IMG/VR virus record: IMGVR_UViG_3300036984_000039
Location: 43,547-107,546 of that record
DNA: 64,000 nt
Reading direction: 5' to 3' (one strand)
Source: a virus
Lineage: Duplodnaviria > Caudoviricetes
In this document: one piece after another, positions 37,619 to 49,200 of the stretch
Numbering within the stretch: the first letter of the stretch is position 1
Layout: each line of letters opens with the position of its first letter
Notes under the pieces: generated by a model
Seen by the model: only the letters and a program-made list of their open reading frames with translations
The model's database searches: none
What the model was told of the DNA's origin: nothing
Translations under genes and position numbers: made by a program

Positions 37619-37978
37619 ATGGAACAACCACACCGCCCTAAACGGGCGGCGCGTATCTGGCATACTTGGCAATCGCTCGGCATCCGGCGCGACGTTGGCG
37701 TCATTATGCTGATTATGGGCTTGGGACGTTTGGGCCTATATCGCACGACATCTTCGGCTAACTTCTTGTCATTGGAGGTGTACGGCATCCTGCTGGTCGG
37801 CATGGGCCTGCTGGTCATCATTTCAAAGCCCTGGCGCACAAAGCTATGGGCACGCATCATTGCCATTTTGGGCGCGGCGTTACTGTTCGGCATGGCCGCG
37901 GACGTGGGTGTCATAAGCGTTACGATGCTACTGGAAGCCTGGCTAGGCTACCTGTTGGCGGAGGAAGGTTTGCTATGA
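37619..37978 (+). CDS. Multi-TM membrane protein
   Basis: About 4 hydrophobic segments; TGGTATAAT upstream. Confidence 0.6.
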   Translation: MEQPHRPKRAARIWHTWQSLGIRRDVGVIMLIMGLGRLGLYRTTSSANFLSLEVYGILLVGMGLLVIISKPWRTKLWARIIAILGAALLFGMAADVGVISVTMLLEAWLGYLLAEEGLL

Positions 37979-38784
37979 CTTCCGAGTTCGTCAACGTCGC
38001 AACGCTGGTTGGCCTGGGCCTGATTGTCATTCTGCTGTTCCTGTTCACGACGGGGCGCATCGGCAGCCGGGATCGGCTATCGAATGGCCTGAGTCACGAA
38101 ATACAGCGTTTGAATCTAACAATCGATACGCTGTTGAAACGCAATGAGGAATTACTTGCGGAGATTGGCAGGCTGCGCATCGAGTTAGAGCGCACGCAAA
38201 CTGACTTGCGGGGCGCATTGGAACGCAATAACGTACTGGTGGGCAAGGTGCAATCGTTGCCATCGCTCGTCACCGAGGCGGCCTATCTCGGCCCGAAGTT
38301 ACTGGTGGGCGTAGGCGACGATCCGGCGTTGCTGCTTGACGTGACGATCCTGCGAACGGTCAAGTCCAAGACCGGCTTGGATTACAACCGCATCCAGCCG
38401 GTGACAAAAGATGGCCTGGAACGCATGTTGGCACGGCGGCGCTTGGCGGGCGATCCAGTGAGGTATGTCCACCTGGGCGTCCATGCTGGGCCACAAGGGT
38501 TGCAATTTGCCGATGGTTTGGCGACGGGCGCATGGCTCTCCGAGCATTTCGCGGGAGTTTTGGTACTGCTGATTGCCGGATGTCAGGCGGACGGTGTAGG
38601 CGATCTGCTCGGCGTCGTACCTGCGGTTATTACATTGCGCGAGGACTTGCGTCATGAGGACGCAGCCGATCTAACACTAGCCTTTTGGACGGCCATTGGC
38701 GAGGGCTTGACAGCAACGGCGGCCTTTCTGCGAATGCGCGAACGTTGTCCCGCGGTTGCCGATTTCGCGGAGTTGCACAGATGA
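37975..38784 (+). CDS. TM + coiled coil + CHAT/caspase-like domain
   Basis: YVHLGVHAG and LLIAGCQ resemble the CHAT His/Cys dyad motifs. Confidence 0.6.
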   Translation: MTSEFVNVATLVGLGLIVILLFLFTTGRIGSRDRLSNGLSHEIQRLNLTIDTLLKRNEELLAEIGRLRIELERTQTDLRGALERNNVLVGKVQSLPSLVTEAAYLGPKLLVGVGDDPALLLDVTILRTVKSKTGLDYNRIQPVTKDGLERMLARRRLAGDPVRYVHLGVHAGPQGLQFADGLATGAWLSEHFAGVLVLLIAGCQADGVGDLLGVVPAVITLREDLRHEDAADLTLAFWTAIGEGLTATAAFLRMRERCPAVADFAELHR

Positions 38785-38866
38785 CGGTCAGCGTGTGCGG
38801 CCACTCATTGACACGGCTCGCATATAGCCGAAAGTACCTGCGCAGTAGCCGATTGGGGTAATTGCT

Positions 38867-40294
38867 GTGGCAAATTGGTCTGCTGACTTTCTCGAACGCA
38901 ATCCCGACCTCGCCGGGAAGACTTTGACGCGGCATCGTCACGGCATCACCGCGGCGCTGAATGCAAGTGAAAGTGTTACCCACTTCGTCGGCTGTCCAGC
39001 GCATTATCAGGATGGCAATGGCGCCTGGCAGCCGCTCGATACCGCGCTCCAGTTGATCGGCACCGAGTATGGTGCGCCGGGCCTAGCGACGCGCATCGGC
39101 CTCGATGGGGCGGTGCGCATCGCCGGCCAGAGCCACAGCCACCGCTCCACGCGCGTCGGCATCCTCACGCCGGCGACCATGAGTTTTGTCGGCTATCGCA
39201 CGATTCCGCTCGGCCATGTTTCCGGCAACCAGATCATTGCCGAGAACGGCATCTGGCAGCGCGTGTTGACGCTGACTGAGCGCGGCTTGCGTGAAGAGAT
39301 CGTCATCGCCGAGAAGCCGGCGATCCCCGGCGTGAAGCTCGGCGACTGGCTGGTGCTGGAAACGGCGATCACCGGCAGCAGTTTCCCGGACGGTTGGCTA
39401 GACGCGTTCGAGGCGAGCGAGATGCGCTTCCCGCCGCCGCGTGCTCACGACAGCCGCGTGGGGCCGGGCAGCCGCGCCGAGTGCAAACGCTATGCGCGCA
39501 CGGTCGGCAACATCCAGTATCTCTACACCGGCGTACCGGTGAGTTGGCTGGCCGATGCTGTCTATCCCGTGACGATTGATCCCGACTACGCCGCGGGCAG
39601 CGCTGATGTCGTCATATATGGCGCCGACCCCACCTACGCGACCGCGCGTAGCACCTCCTACGGCTACAACGATACCCTCGAATACGGCCTCGTCGGCCAG
39701 ATTACGAGCATTCAGGTGTACCGCGTGCTGCTCGTCTTCAGCACCAGCGCCATCCCTGACACTGACGTCATCTCGCAAGTCAATCTCAAGGCGACCTGCA
39801 TCACGAACGTGTCAGACACGGATTTTGATGTCCAGATCGTCAAACAGGATTGGAGCGCGCAAAACCCAGTCGGCGCGGCCAACCAGGAAGCGGCTTACGA
39901 TAACTGCCTATCCGCCACCGCCGACGCTAATATTTGGCGCGGCACGAGCGGCATCAGCGAGAATACGCAGTACACCTCCGGCAATCTCGCCACCGACTGG
40001 CCGAGCAAAACCGGCAACACCTATTATTCGTTGCGCTCGTCCCGTGACAAAGCCGGCACAGAACCGAGTGGTAACGAATATATCTCAATCGGCACGCAAG
40101 ACAATGCCACGTCGGGCTATCGGCCGCTGCTGGCGATCACGCACGCGGCCGGCGGGCATCCCGCCATGCTGCGCGGCACGTCCGTGCCCGGCTTGCGCCA
40201 GTGGCAGCCGAGCGGGCCGGGACGCTGGTTCCGGCGCTTGGGCGCGGATTGGACACAACGCCGCGGCGGGCTGCTCGCGCCGACAGGAGTTTGA
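38867..40294 (+). CDS. Virion/tail-associated protein with carbohydrate-binding-like C-terminal domain
   Basis: YQDGNGAWQPLDTAL, YPVTIDP, YRVLLVFSTSAIP, RPLLAITH. Confidence 0.6.
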   Translation: MANWSADFLERNPDLAGKTLTRHRHGITAALNASESVTHFVGCPAHYQDGNGAWQPLDTALQLIGTEYGAPGLATRIGLDGAVRIAGQSHSHRSTRVGILTPATMSFVGYRTIPLGHVSGNQIIAENGIWQRVLTLTERGLREEIVIAEKPAIPGVKLGDWLVLETAITGSSFPDGWLDAFEASEMRFPPPRAHDSRVGPGSRAECKRYARTVGNIQYLYTGVPVSWLADAVYPVTIDPDYAAGSADVVIYGADPTYATARSTSYGYNDTLEYGLVGQITSIQVYRVLLVFSTSAIPDTDVISQVNLKATCITNVSDTDFDVQIVKQDWSAQNPVGAANQEAAYDNCLSATADANIWRGTSGISENTQYTSGNLATDWPSKTGNTYYSLRSSRDKAGTEPSGNEYISIGTQDNATSGYRPLLAITHAAGGHPAMLRGTSVPGLRQWQPSGPGRWFRRLGADWTQRRGGLLAPTGV

Positions 40295-40309
40295 CACATG
40301 GCCGAAGGG

Positions 40310-41047
40310 CTACAATGCGTCACCATCCAGCGAATAGGACAATCTTTTCAGGGTACCTACGCGTTCACGCATAGCTTCGCGTTCCTCTGCTATGGCTGGC
40401 GTAATAATGTGATTAGTAGTCATCGTGGCCGCGAATCTAATGGCGCATTCTGCTTGTTCACGTTTCACGACGAGATATGGCTGCATCTCACTAACAGCCT
40501 TCGCTGCCTGCGCGCTCGATGCCTTCCAGTAAAAAACTGGACGTTTCGTTTGTTGTCCATGCGTAGTCAATCTTCCGCCGAAAAGAGCTTGCATGATATA
40601 GAGTGGCCGCGTATCGACTTGGGCTGTTGCGATTTCAAGAGTATGTCTATCATGGCTACTGCTATTCTTGTAGATGCCGATACATCCTTCACCGTCAAAG
40701 AAACCAGCAGCCCATATCAGCCATTGCTCTCTGGTATGCTCAGGAGGCAAATCCGTCAGCGGCGGCGTACCTCGCATGGGCGTAATTGGTGTCTCTCTGA
40801 GATCATGGGCACGTTGGCGAGCGTAGTGCGCTCCGCACAAGTCCTTACATTTGATAGGCTTATTACAACCATCGACGGAGCACGTGCTACCGGGTGGATA
40901 TCTCCCAACATGCCGAACGATAAGATCACCGTTTCGCCAAAGGCGATCATAGTGAGTTTTGCACATCGCGTGCACATAACCTGGATTAGTGCAACCATCG
41001 ACGCTACAAGGGAATATATGCTTTGCGCTTCTCATTGGATTCTCCTT
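40310..41047 (-). CDS. LAGLIDADG homing endonuclease with Cys-rich N-terminus
   Basis: WAAGFFDGEGCI...PYLVVKREQAE; CSVDGC repeats. Confidence 0.85.
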   Translation of the reverse strand, partial: KENPMRSAKHIFPCSVDGCTNPGYVHAMCKTHYDRLWRNGDLIVRHVGRYPPGSTCSVDGCNKPIKCKDLCGAHYARQRAHDLRETPITPMRGTPPLTDLPPEHTREQWLIWAAGFFDGEGCIGIYKNSSSHDRHTLEIATAQVDTRPLYIMQALFGGRLTTHGQQTKRPVFYWKASSAQAAKAVSEMQPYLVVKREQAECAIRFAATMTTNHIITPAIAEEREAMRERVGTLKRLSYSLDGDAL

Positions 41048-41085
41048 GCGGGGCATTATAACATAACTAACAGAGAGATGCAACT

Positions 41086-43932
41086 ATGGCCGAAGTAACT
41101 GCGCTACGTTCCAACGCCCTTCCGTATGCGGTATACGGTGTGCCATTTGGAATTGTTTTCCCATACTACGATGCGGATGGCGACTTGGTCAGTGCCGCGA
41201 CTACGCCGGATTCGGAGATCAGCAAAAATGGCGATACTTTCGCGGACTGTACCAATGAGGCGACGGAGATAGCAACCACTTCAGGCATGTGGTATTTGCT
41301 ATTGACTGGCACGGAGTTGACCTGCGACGTCGCAGCCATTATCTCAAAAAGCGCCACAGCGGGCATGAAGACCACACCGATTGTGCTATATCCCCGCAAA
41401 CTGGTGACGCTCGCCTCCGGCACGGCGGCGGGCGGCGACACCGGCTATATCACGCTGGCGAATGGCACCGTCACATATGACGACCAATTCAACGGCTGTT
41501 TGTGCGTGGCGGTCATTGATTCCGTGACCGAGGCGCGTATCTTGCAGGACTGCACCGCCTCGAATCAGCAATGCACCGTGACGCCAGCCTGGAATACTGC
41601 ACCGGATAACAATGATACCTATATCATCTACCTGCCAGAAGGCAGGCAAGTGCCCACGAGCAACGTCATTCGCGTGACTGGCACGGCGCAGACGGCGCGC
41701 GACATTGGCGCATCTGTGCTACTCAGCACTGGCACGGGCACGGGGCAACTGGACTTCACGAGCGGCGTCGTCAAGGCCAATCTCGCACAGATTCTCGGCA
41801 CGGCGCTGACCGAAACTAGTGGCTTGATTGCGGCCGCCTTCAAGAAATTCTTCAACGTGGCGACCCCGACCGGCACGGTCAACAGTCTGGCGGATGCTGT
41901 GCCCGGCGCGGCGGGCGGCGGATTCATCGCGGGTACCAATGCGGCGACCACCGTGACCACAGCGCTAACGACCACCTTCACCGGCAATCTGACCGGCTCG
42001 GTGGCGAGTGTGGCGACCAACGGCATCACGGCGACCTCCCTCGCCGCCGATGCCATCAATGCTGCGTCAATCAAAGCGGCTGCGATCACCAACGCTAAAT
42101 TTGCGGCGGGCGCTATCGACGCGGCGGCGATTGCGGACGCGGCGATTGACAATGCGACATTTGCAGCCGATGTAGGTTCGACGGCGCTGGCAACCAACGT
42201 GATCGCAAAGGCCGCAGAGAAGGCAGTAGGGGTAGGCGGCTTGAGTCTAACGGCCATCCCTTGGAATGCTAACTGGGATGCTGAGGTGGAAAGCGAAGCC
42301 AATGACGCCCTGGTCGTCAATAACCTGGATCATCTCATCAAGGTCGCCAAAGATACCGACTGGGCGACCACCGTCACGAAAGAGAGCGTCATCGACCTGA
42401 TGACCTCAAAGAGCAGCGCGCAGACCTTTGACCGGGCTACCGACACCCTAGAAGCCATACGCGACGCGGTAACGGTCGTCAGCGCGGGCGTGGCGGCTAC
42501 CATCCAGGCGACGGCCAACACCGAGACCACCGGCACACTGGTAGGCGGCACGTATGCGGTGACATATCTCTCCAACGCCACTTACTACATTCTCGCGCCA
42601 GTCACGCCCGCCGTGGGCGGCTATGGCCTGAATGCTTTCCTGACCTTCGGCGCAGCCAGCGGGCAGTATATCAACTCGGTCACGATCCGCGGCTACTTTG
42701 CAGCCGGGCCGGGGCGCTTCTGTCATATTGGTGCCTACAACTATCTCACGTCCAGCATTGACATCCTGAGTGATACGACCAGCCGCATGAACAACGCCTC
42801 GGCCAACGCGACCTACGCCTACTCGCTGCTGAGCGCGCATCAGAAATCGGACGGCGAAGTCAAGATTTACTTCCTCTCGCCGTCCGTGACGACCGGCGAC
42901 CGCCTCAACATCGATCAATGTCTGGTCAACGTCAACACCGCTGGCGCATCGGCCTCCGACATCGCCGCAGCCGTCAAGCAGACCATGATCACGCTGTACT
43001 ACCCGGAAGGCGTCTGGATCGACACCACGGTCGGCGGCGGGGTGGCTGGCACAACGCTGGGCGTCAACGGCCTGCGCACGAATCCATGCAGCACCTATGC
43101 CGACGCCATCATAATTGCCGCCGCGCTGAACCTGCGGCAGTTGCGCCTCAAGACCGGCTCGTCAATCGAGCTAACGCAGAGCCACGCGCAATGGCAAATC
43201 TACGGCGGCACGGTGGCGCTCGCCGGGCAAGTCATCACCAGCGCGCACTTCGACAACTGCGTGCTCTCTGGCACTTCCTCCGGAACGGGCATGGACTTCT
43301 TTGACTGCCACTTCACCGGCACGGCGACGGTCGGCGGCGGCGATTACTACCGCTGCGGCTTCGGCGTCGTGACGTTCACCATGATCGCGAGCAGTCTCTA
43401 CAACTTCGTCAATTGCTTTGATGACGACCCGGACACGGCGACGAGTCCGATCTTCGTCTTTGCCGCCAATGCCGTCGTGGGTGCGCGCAACTGGCGCGGC
43501 GCATTCCAGGTTAACGGCATGGCGAGCACCAACAAGCTAACCATCGACGGCGCGGGGCGGCTGGTCATCGGCAGCACCTCCGAACACGGCGCGATCACCA
43601 TCCGGGGCTTCTTCTCGCCTGTCACGGGCGGCGATGGCCTGCACTCGGAGGCCGAGTTCGTGGCGCACGGCGGCAGCATCACGCAGACCTCGCGCTTCGA
43701 TACCACCAACGTTTCCGACGCCGCGTTGATGCGCGATTGGACAGCCGTCACCGGCACCGTGCCGGATCGCTCAACGCTGAACGCCCTGCGTTTCTTACGC
43801 AACAAGCGCAGTATCGCAGCAGGCACGCTCACCGTCACCAAAGAAGACGACACGACCGCAGCTTGGACAGCCGCGGTCACCACCAGCGCCGCGGCGGAAC
43901 CCGTCACGGCTATCGATCCAGCCGGGCCTTGA
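41086..43932 (+). CDS. Large virion fibre protein
   Basis: 948 aa, Ala/Thr-rich; ISKNG, ITxAKxA repeats, beta-helix C-terminal part. Confidence 0.65.
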   Translation: MAEVTALRSNALPYAVYGVPFGIVFPYYDADGDLVSAATTPDSEISKNGDTFADCTNEATEIATTSGMWYLLLTGTELTCDVAAIISKSATAGMKTTPIVLYPRKLVTLASGTAAGGDTGYITLANGTVTYDDQFNGCLCVAVIDSVTEARILQDCTASNQQCTVTPAWNTAPDNNDTYIIYLPEGRQVPTSNVIRVTGTAQTARDIGASVLLSTGTGTGQLDFTSGVVKANLAQILGTALTETSGLIAAAFKKFFNVATPTGTVNSLADAVPGAAGGGFIAGTNAATTVTTALTTTFTGNLTGSVASVATNGITATSLAADAINAASIKAAAITNAKFAAGAIDAAAIADAAIDNATFAADVGSTALATNVIAKAAEKAVGVGGLSLTAIPWNANWDAEVESEANDALVVNNLDHLIKVAKDTDWATTVTKESVIDLMTSKSSAQTFDRATDTLEAIRDAVTVVSAGVAATIQATANTETTGTLVGGTYAVTYLSNATYYILAPVTPAVGGYGLNAFLTFGAASGQYINSVTIRGYFAAGPGRFCHIGAYNYLTSSIDILSDTTSRMNNASANATYAYSLLSAHQKSDGEVKIYFLSPSVTTGDRLNIDQCLVNVNTAGASASDIAAAVKQTMITLYYPEGVWIDTTVGGGVAGTTLGVNGLRTNPCSTYADAIIIAAALNLRQLRLKTGSSIELTQSHAQWQIYGGTVALAGQVITSAHFDNCVLSGTSSGTGMDFFDCHFTGTATVGGGDYYRCGFGVVTFTMIASSLYNFVNCFDDDPDTATSPIFVFAANAVVGARNWRGAFQVNGMASTNKLTIDGAGRLVIGSTSEHGAITIRGFFSPVTGGDGLHSEAEFVAHGGSITQTSRFDTTNVSDAALMRDWTAVTGTVPDRSTLNALRFLRNKRSIAAGTLTVTKEDDTTAAWTAAVTTSAAAEPVTAIDPAGP

Positions 43933-43953
43933 CCCGCTTAGGAGAAGAAGATC

Positions 43954-44439
43954 ATGGCAGCAGCAGTCTCTATCCGAGTGTACACCGGTGCAGATGCAGG
44001 CACCGAAAGCTCCGCCGTTACCGGTATTGACTTGATCAGCGCCGATAACGCCACCAACAGCACGGCCAACCGTGCAGCTTACCCGATCACCGCGGGCACG
44101 CGCTCCTACGAGAAGTGGATCAGGGCCTACGTGGACGCAGCCGCGGACAACTACGTGAGCACCTTCCAGTTGTGGGGCGACGGCGTAGTGCAATCCTCGA
44201 CTGTGCTCTACGTGGGCAAGACCGCCACCGGCGTCACGCCGACGACCACGACCAGCACCGTCGCGACCAACGATTGGGTGACGTACACCAGCACGTCCAA
44301 GTTTGCCTGGCACGCCACGAACATGACCGGCGTGGGCAGCAAGTCTGATGCGGCTGTGTACCAAATTTCTGTTTCTGGGGACGCCGCGGCGGGCAACTGG
44401 ACTCAAGAAACGCTGAATTATTCCTTCAACGAGGCATAA
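43954..44439 (+). CDS. Virion structural protein
   Basis: SYEKW...YSFNEA; Thr-rich. Confidence 0.55.
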   Translation: MAAAVSIRVYTGADAGTESSAVTGIDLISADNATNSTANRAAYPITAGTRSYEKWIRAYVDAAADNYVSTFQLWGDGVVQSSTVLYVGKTATGVTPTTTTSTVATNDWVTYTSTSKFAWHATNMTGVGSKSDAAVYQISVSGDAAAGNWTQETLNYSFNEA

Positions 44440-44484
44440 TTCATTGCGTCATGATGCAACCTGATTGCACAGGGAGGCAATCCA

Positions 44485-45813
44485 ATGCACCTACCACAAA
44501 CCACCGTCTTCGGCGTTGCCACGCTCCAGAATTGGAGCGACTTGGCGTTATGGGAACTATTCCTGAACGACCACCCCGACCTCAAGTGCATCATCGAGAT
44601 CGGGACGTATGCGGGCGGCCTGTCGTTGTACTTGCAGCAGCAGGCCGCAGCGCGCGGGTTGCGCTTTGCGACCTGTGACAACGAGCGTTATCCGAGCGCG
44701 GCCATCGAGAAACTGGGTAGCAACTTCATCCAGGCCGACGCCCTGACCGATGCCACGATCCACGCGGTAGTGGCCGATCCCGGCAACCATCCCCTGCTGA
44801 TTTACTGCGACGGCGGCGACAAGCCCGCCGAATTCGCGCACTTCGTGCCGCTTCTACAACCCGGCGACTTCATCGGCGTTCACGACTATGGCAGCGAATT
44901 CACGGACGCCGACGCGGAACCGTTCTCCGCCCTGCTCAGACCCGCCGCCGTCGAGCGCCACCGCCAAGCCAATAGCTTGACGCGTTTCTACCGGCGCATC
45001 GCCCAAGACGGCTGGGGCAGCATTGGCGTGGGCGTGCGTATCTCCAAATATCCTGAACCGGCCTTTTTCTGCGCGTGGACGGCCATGCTTACGGGCGGCC
45101 TGCGCAGCGAGGACATGGTGCTTTTGCCTGCTACGCACATGCCCGCGCATTGGGCCGCCGATGCCCTGGTGCGCGAGTTCATCAAGTCCGGGCGCGACAC
45201 GCTACTCCTGGTAGATGACGACATGACCTTCGCACCGGACACGCTCAAGACGCTGCGCGAGCACGCGACCAACTGGCAATATGATATTATCACCGCCGTT
45301 GCCACGCATCGCTCCTGGCCGCCGACGCCGGTCATCATGCAATTGCAGGAGCAACCCAGCGGCCCGGAGGCACGCAAAGGCGAGTTCTTCAAGACGGTCA
45401 CCGATTGGACGCCTGGCGAGGTTGTACCCGTGGACGCTTGCGGACTGGCCTTTACGCTGATTCGTCGCAACGTGCTGACCGAGATGGCTGATAAAGCCTA
45501 TAATCTCGATCTAAATTACTGGTTCCACTACGGCCCTGGCAACGAATCCGACGACATCCCGTTTTGTCGCCGGGCACGCAACATGGGCTTCCGGCTTGGC
45601 GTCGATACGTCTATCGAGCTTGGACATATCGCCGCCGTGCCCCTGACCGCCGAAAACTGGCGCGGCTTTCAGGCACAACGCGCCCTGGTGCAAGAGGGCT
45701 ACCGGGCCGATGTAGACGGCGACCGTCTGGCCGCGGTCTTGCGCGAGGCGCTGCCCAACCTGACCGAGCATAAGGCCGACGCCGAAAAGCTCTTGGAGGT
45801 GATTCGTGCTTGA
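44485..45813 (+). CDS. SAM methyltransferase - GT-A glycosyltransferase fusion
   Basis: IEIGTYAGG...VHDY, then LLVDDD...DACGLAFTLIRR...SDDIPFC. Confidence 0.8.
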   Translation: MHLPQTTVFGVATLQNWSDLALWELFLNDHPDLKCIIEIGTYAGGLSLYLQQQAAARGLRFATCDNERYPSAAIEKLGSNFIQADALTDATIHAVVADPGNHPLLIYCDGGDKPAEFAHFVPLLQPGDFIGVHDYGSEFTDADAEPFSALLRPAAVERHRQANSLTRFYRRIAQDGWGSIGVGVRISKYPEPAFFCAWTAMLTGGLRSEDMVLLPATHMPAHWAADALVREFIKSGRDTLLLVDDDMTFAPDTLKTLREHATNWQYDIITAVATHRSWPPTPVIMQLQEQPSGPEARKGEFFKTVTDWTPGEVVPVDACGLAFTLIRRNVLTEMADKAYNLDLNYWFHYGPGNESDDIPFCRRARNMGFRLGVDTSIELGHIAAVPLTAENWRGFQAQRALVQEGYRADVDGDRLAAVLREALPNLTEHKADAEKLLEVIRA

Positions 45814-46174
45814 GTACCTGTACGATATCGCCATCGAAGCGCCAGGCGGCCAGGTCAAGATCGACTGGGGCAATGCGCCCGGTTGGATGGAGACGCAGCG
45901 CGTCTTACTCGACACGGCGGAGCGCGTCAGCCTATTGCCCAAAGACCCGGCTGTAGGACTGCCCTTGATCTCGACGCAACTGCAACCCGGCCAGCGGTGG
46001 GTGCTGTTCAGTCGCGTGTACGGCCAGGTGACGGGTGGCAAACAGGTGCGCTTGTACTGCATCGGTTGGCAGCAGACCGTGGGCGGTAAGAGCATCAAGG
46101 CGCTAACCTGGGTGTACCCAAACGGCGTCATCGAGAACGGCAACGAGCCGACTTACTGGCTCAACTTTCTCTAG
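45806..46174 (+). CDS. Phage hypothetical protein
   Basis: LYCIGWQ.TV.G motif; coupled to upstream gene. Confidence 0.55.
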   Translation: MLEYLYDIAIEAPGGQVKIDWGNAPGWMETQRVLLDTAERVSLLPKDPAVGLPLISTQLQPGQRWVLFSRVYGQVTGGKQVRLYCIGWQQTVGGKSIKALTWVYPNGVIENGNEPTYWLNFL

Positions 46175-46281
46175 CCAAAGGCGCGGCAATCCCATGCCGC
46201 GCTGAGGTGCGCTATGGCAACGAATCCAATCGCAGAGCAATTTAACAACCGAATAGTCGCGGCTGTTCTGGACGGGCAGCC

Positions 46282-49200
46282 ATGAGCGCGGGCTTATTCG
46301 ATCTGCTTGGCCTTGGCCTGGGTCTGGGCGTACCACAGGTAGTCGGCTCATTCACCGCCGATGCGATCCTGCAACGGGCGCGTAGTGGCTCGGTGATCGC
46401 CAATGCAATCATTGCATCGACACAGACTGGAAGCATCGCAGGTTCGGCGGTCGTACTCGGTACTGTCTCAAGCAGCATCACCACTAATGCTGTCCTGGCA
46501 AAGAGTCAAGCGGACAGCATCATGGCCTCCGCGGTTATTGTCAAGGCGGGCAGCGGCTCGGTAAGCGCCGCCGCCGTTGTCGGCAAGGCGCAGGCGGGTA
46601 GTCTCACAAGTGCGGCCATTATCCAAAGCGCTATCTCAAGCAGCATTAGCGCCAATGCCGTACTGGTAAAGAGTCAAGCCGATAGCTTTACAGCCGACGC
46701 GATTATCATTAAGGCGGGCAGCGGATCGGTCACCACCGACGCGATTATCGTCAAGGGTCAATCATCCAGCGTAACCGCAAGCGCCACGATACTCGCGAGC
46801 AAAACTTCCAGTGTCACGGCTGATGCCGTACTCCAAACGAGCAGGGCCGCGAGTATCACGGCTGACGCCATTCTCCTGCACGGTCAAACAGATAGCGTAA
46901 CCGCCGAAGCGGTCATCAGCAAGACCAATTCCGCCAGCTTTACAGGCGCTGCGATCCTGTTGCGGGAGCGCAGCGATTCAATCACTGCCGACGCGGTTTT
47001 GGTCAAGGCGCAAGCCGCCAGTATAGTCGCAAGCGCCACGATACTCGCGGGCAAAGCCGCCAGCATCACGGCTGATGCCGTACTTCTCCGAGAACGGACA
47101 GGTAGCGTCACAGCAGATGCGGTTATCAGCAAGGCCCAGTCATCCAGTGTCACCGGCGACGCGATTCTACTTCGGGAGCGCAGCGGCTCGGTAACCACCA
47201 ATGCCGTTTTGGTCAAGGCACAAGCGGCGAACTTTACCGCTTCTGCAATCATCCAACAATCTGGCAGCGCCCAAACCGCAGCGGATGCCGTAATCATCAA
47301 GGCGCAAGCCACCGGCATCGCAGCTAACGCGATCATCCTGCGGGCGGCAACAACTAGCATCGCGGCAGATGCGGTACTGAGCAAAGCACAAGCCGCCAGC
47401 ATCACAGCGGATGCGATTATCATTCTCGGTCGGACTGGTTTGCTGACTGGCGCAGCCGTAATCGTGCGGGCGCAGGCAGCGGCCCTTACCGCCGACGCGA
47501 CAATTCAGAACGCTCTCGCAAGCAGCATCACGGCCAACGCGGTTATCCAGCGCGCTCGTGCAGGCACCTTTACAACCGATGCCATTCTCCAGGCATTACG
47601 CACCGGCAGCGTCTCCGCCAACGCGACGATTTTCAAGGCGCAGGTTCAAAGCGTTACAGCGGATGCCTACATCGTCACTATAGGCGCACAGGCTATCTCT
47701 GCTGACGCAGTAATCCAGCAGGCGCGTGCTTCCAGCGTTACCGTCGATGCCTACCTCGTTTGGACGCGGGCGGCCAGTCTGACCACTGACGCAATTTTGC
47801 TCAAGGCGTCAGCCGGAAGCATCACCGGCGCGGCGATCATCCAACAGGGTAGGGCGTCAAGCATCACGGCGAATGCCACGCTAAAATCCGTAAGCGCAAA
47901 CAGCATCACGGCGGATGCGATTATCATTGGCGCTCAGGCAGCCGCGTTTAGCGCCGACGCCATAATCCTGCTACTCCGGTCGAGTAGCCTTACCGCCAAT
48001 GCTATTGTTCAGAGTCGCGCAGACCGTGCCATAAGCGCGGACGGCATCATTCAACAGGCGCGTTCGACCAGCATCACGGCGTCCGCCGTTATTGACAAGG
48101 CTGGTTCCGGGTCGCTGATCGCCGATGCCGTGATACAAGGCGCACAAACTGGCGCTGTAACCGCGGATGCCGTACTTCGCAGGGAACAGACAGGCAGCAT
48201 CACCGCCGATGCCGTAATCGGACAATCTCGCTCAGGCACCTTTACAACCGACGCCATTCTCCAGGCATTGCGCAGCGGCAGCACCACCGCCGACGCGACA
48301 ATCGTCAAGGCGCAGGCCCAAAGCCTTACGGCGGACGCCTATATAGTCACCATAGGCGCACAGGCCATCTCCGCCGATGCCGTAATCCAACAGGCGCGGA
48401 CTTCCAGCGTCACCGCTGACGCCTATATCATTTGGACAAGCGCGGCCAGTCTAACCGCGGATGCAGTCTTGCTCAAGGCGCATGTCGGGGCCATTACCGG
48501 CGCGGCGGTCATTCAACGGAGTCGGGCGTCCAGCATCACGGCTGACGCCACACTAAAGTCTGTAAGCGCAAGTAGTGTCACGGCGAACGCCGTTATCAGC
48601 GAAGGTCAGGCAACGGCGCTAACCGCCGATGCCATAATCCTGCTACTCCGTTCGGGTGGCGTCACTACCGATGCCGTTGTTCAGGGCCGCGTAGACCGCG
48701 CCATAAGCGCGGATAGTATCATTCAGCGGACGGTATCACTCAGTGTCACGGCGAACGCCGTTATCAGCAAGGCGGGTTCCGGGGCGCTGACTACCGACGC
48801 CGTAATCGGTCAATCACGGGCCAGTTCCTTTACAACCGACGCAATCCTGCTCAGGCAGCGTAGCGGTCAAGCCAGCATTGACGCCACGATCTTCCGCGCA
48901 CAGAGCGGCAGCGTCACCGCCGATGCGTATATCAGCACGGCGGGCTGGCAAACAATCACCGCCAACGCGACGATTCAGCGCGAGCGCACAGGCACAGTCA
49001 CCGCGGACGCGTTTATCATTACGGCGCAAGCGGGGAGCCTGACAGCCGATGCCGTGGTGCAGGTCGGGCGTACTGCCTCGGTCAGCGCGAACGCTGTTAT
49101 CCAGAATTCACGTACCGGACAGATCACGGCGCAAGCGATAATCCAGGCGGCGCGCAGTTCCAGCGTCGGCATGGATGCCGTCATTCGCCAGGCGCAGAGC

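Noticed and set aside
40298-41098. 266-aa plus-strand ORF bridging the duplicated starts (intein or intron idea)
   Set aside because: Antisense shadow of the LAGLIDADG gene, not in frame with 41086, no splicing motifs seen
46214-46285. 23-aa ORF MATNPIAEQF with RBS
   Set aside because: Too short to support; possibly a relic or coupling peptide
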